In this document: piece after piece, positions 35,199 through 36,056 of the stretch
Numbering within the stretch: position 1 is the stretch's first letter
Layout of the letters: each line of letters opens with the position of its first letter
Origin: a bacterium
GTDB taxonomy: Bacteria > Patescibacteriota > Minisyncoccia > Moranbacterales > UBA2206
Direction of reading: 5' to 3'
Length of the DNA stretch: 36,056 bases
Assembly: GCA_021779205.1 (NCBI GenBank)
Contig: JAJYBE010000002.1
Coordinates: 1-36,056 of the forward strand
Translations under genes and position numbers: made by a program
The notes under the pieces: generated by a model
Told to the model about the DNA's origin: nothing
What the model saw: only the letters and a program-made list of their open reading frames with translations
The model's database searches: none

Positions 35199-36056
35199 AT
35201 GAATATTTTGACAATTATTATTTGGACAATTCAATTGATTTTAATTCCGGTTGCTTCGCCACTGTTTATCGGATTGGTGCGAAAAATTAAAGCGCGCTTG
35301 CAAAACAGGGTTGGCGCAAGTATTTTTCAACCTTATTTTGATCTTTGGAAATTATTTCATAAAGATGAAATTATCAGCACTGATGCTTCTCGGATTTTTC
35401 GTTTTGCGCCATATCTAATTTTTTCTATCACATTGATTATTGGAGCCAGTATTCCGCTTTTCAGCACGGTATTTTCAAATAATAGCATGAGTGATTTTTT
35501 GGTTATTGTATATTTAGTGGCATTAAGCACATTTTTTTTGGCGCTTGCAGGAATGGATGTCGGTAGTGGATTCGGTGGGTTTGGCGCAAGTCGTGAAATG
35601 ACGGTTTCCGCATTAACTGAAGGTGGCTTGATTCTTTCTATTTTGGCAGTAACTTTTATTGCTCACTCAACTAATCTTTTCACTATTTCCGGATTTATTT
35701 CGCAAATGTCTTTATTTTCGTTTGCTCCGATTTTTTTGGCTTTCTCCGCTTTTGTGATTGCAATGCTTGCGGAAGCCGGTCGCTTTCCTTTTGATAATCC
35801 TGCCACGCACTTGGAATTAACAATGATTCATGAAGCGATGATTTTGGAATATTCCGGCAAGCGCCTCGCATTAATTGAGTGGTCTGCTGCCAATAAGTTT
35901 TTAATTTTTTTGGCATTGGGGGTCAATTTATTTTTTCCATGGGGAATTTCCAGAACATTTGATTTGCAAAGTAGCATATTCGCGCTGGTAATATTTTTTA
36001 TAAAAATCTACGTGATGAGTTTGGCTGTGTCTGTTTTAGAATCAACAATTACTAAA
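35199..36056 (+). CDS. hyfC: Hydrogenase-4 component C-like subunit (HyfC/HycD/NuoH family); runs off the 3' edge and is missing from the ORF track
   Basis: Manual translation MNILTIIIW...RKIKARLQNRVGASIFQPYFDLWKLFHK...GFGASRE...EAGRFPFDNPATHLELTMIHEAMILEYSG; open to the end of the window. Confidence 0.88.
   Translation, partial: MNILTIIIWTIQLILIPVASPLFIGLVRKIKARLQNRVGASIFQPYFDLWKLFHKDEIISTDASRIFRFAPYLIFSITLIIGASIPLFSTVFSNNSMSDFLVIVYLVALSTFFLALAGMDVGSGFGGFGASREMTVSALTEGGLILSILAVTFIAHSTNLFTISGFISQMSLFSFAPIFLAFSAFVIAMLAEAGRFPFDNPATHLELTMIHEAMILEYSGKRLALIEWSAANKFLIFLALGVNLFFPWGISRTFDLQSSIFALVIFFIKIYVMSLAVSVLESTITK

Noticed and set aside
1..36056. Alternative genetic code (TGA read as Gly or Trp)
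   Set aside because: TGA ends secD and hyfB just before the next gene starts, and conserved proteins translate fully under code 11.
1..36056. CRISPR array, tRNA/rRNA, IS element, prophage or diversity-generating retroelement
   Set aside because: By eye there are no regularly spaced repeats, cloverleafs, transposase, integrase or reverse transcriptase genes, and no near-identical template/variable repeat pair.

Overview
AT-rich, densely packed bacterial chromosome segment using genetic code 11. Gene content and style suggest a Patescibacteria/CPR (Parcubacteria, possibly Moranbacteria-like) genome; this is inference. In order: a 5'-truncated Cys-rich surface protein; Nudix hydrolase; secD (with an inserted parvulin domain) and secF; a YdjC deacetylase, yidD, obgE and groES; a minus-strand priA-def-fmt-rhodanese block; a prepilin peptidase followed by two tandem FimU/PilV/PilW/PilX-type minor-pilin cassettes; a surface-glycan locus (Wzz-like, O-antigen ligase/Wzy-like, GT4, radical SAM) interrupted by a three-gene island of exported proteins; rplY; an nrdR-nrdD-nrdG operon with DnaA and NrdR boxes; and the start of a hydrogenase-4/Ehr-like membrane complex operon. 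The most striking signals are (i) a NuoB/HycG-like small subunit that has lost 3 of its 4 Fe-S cysteines, (ii) a LysM protein with an outer-membrane-type beta-barrel-like C-terminus in a Shine-Dalgarno-led island of a presumed monoderm, (iii) duplicated pilus-tip cassettes, one with a large Cys-rich PilX fusion, and (iv) a circularly permuted PPIase inside SecD. No rRNA, tRNA, CRISPR array or transposase was seen.
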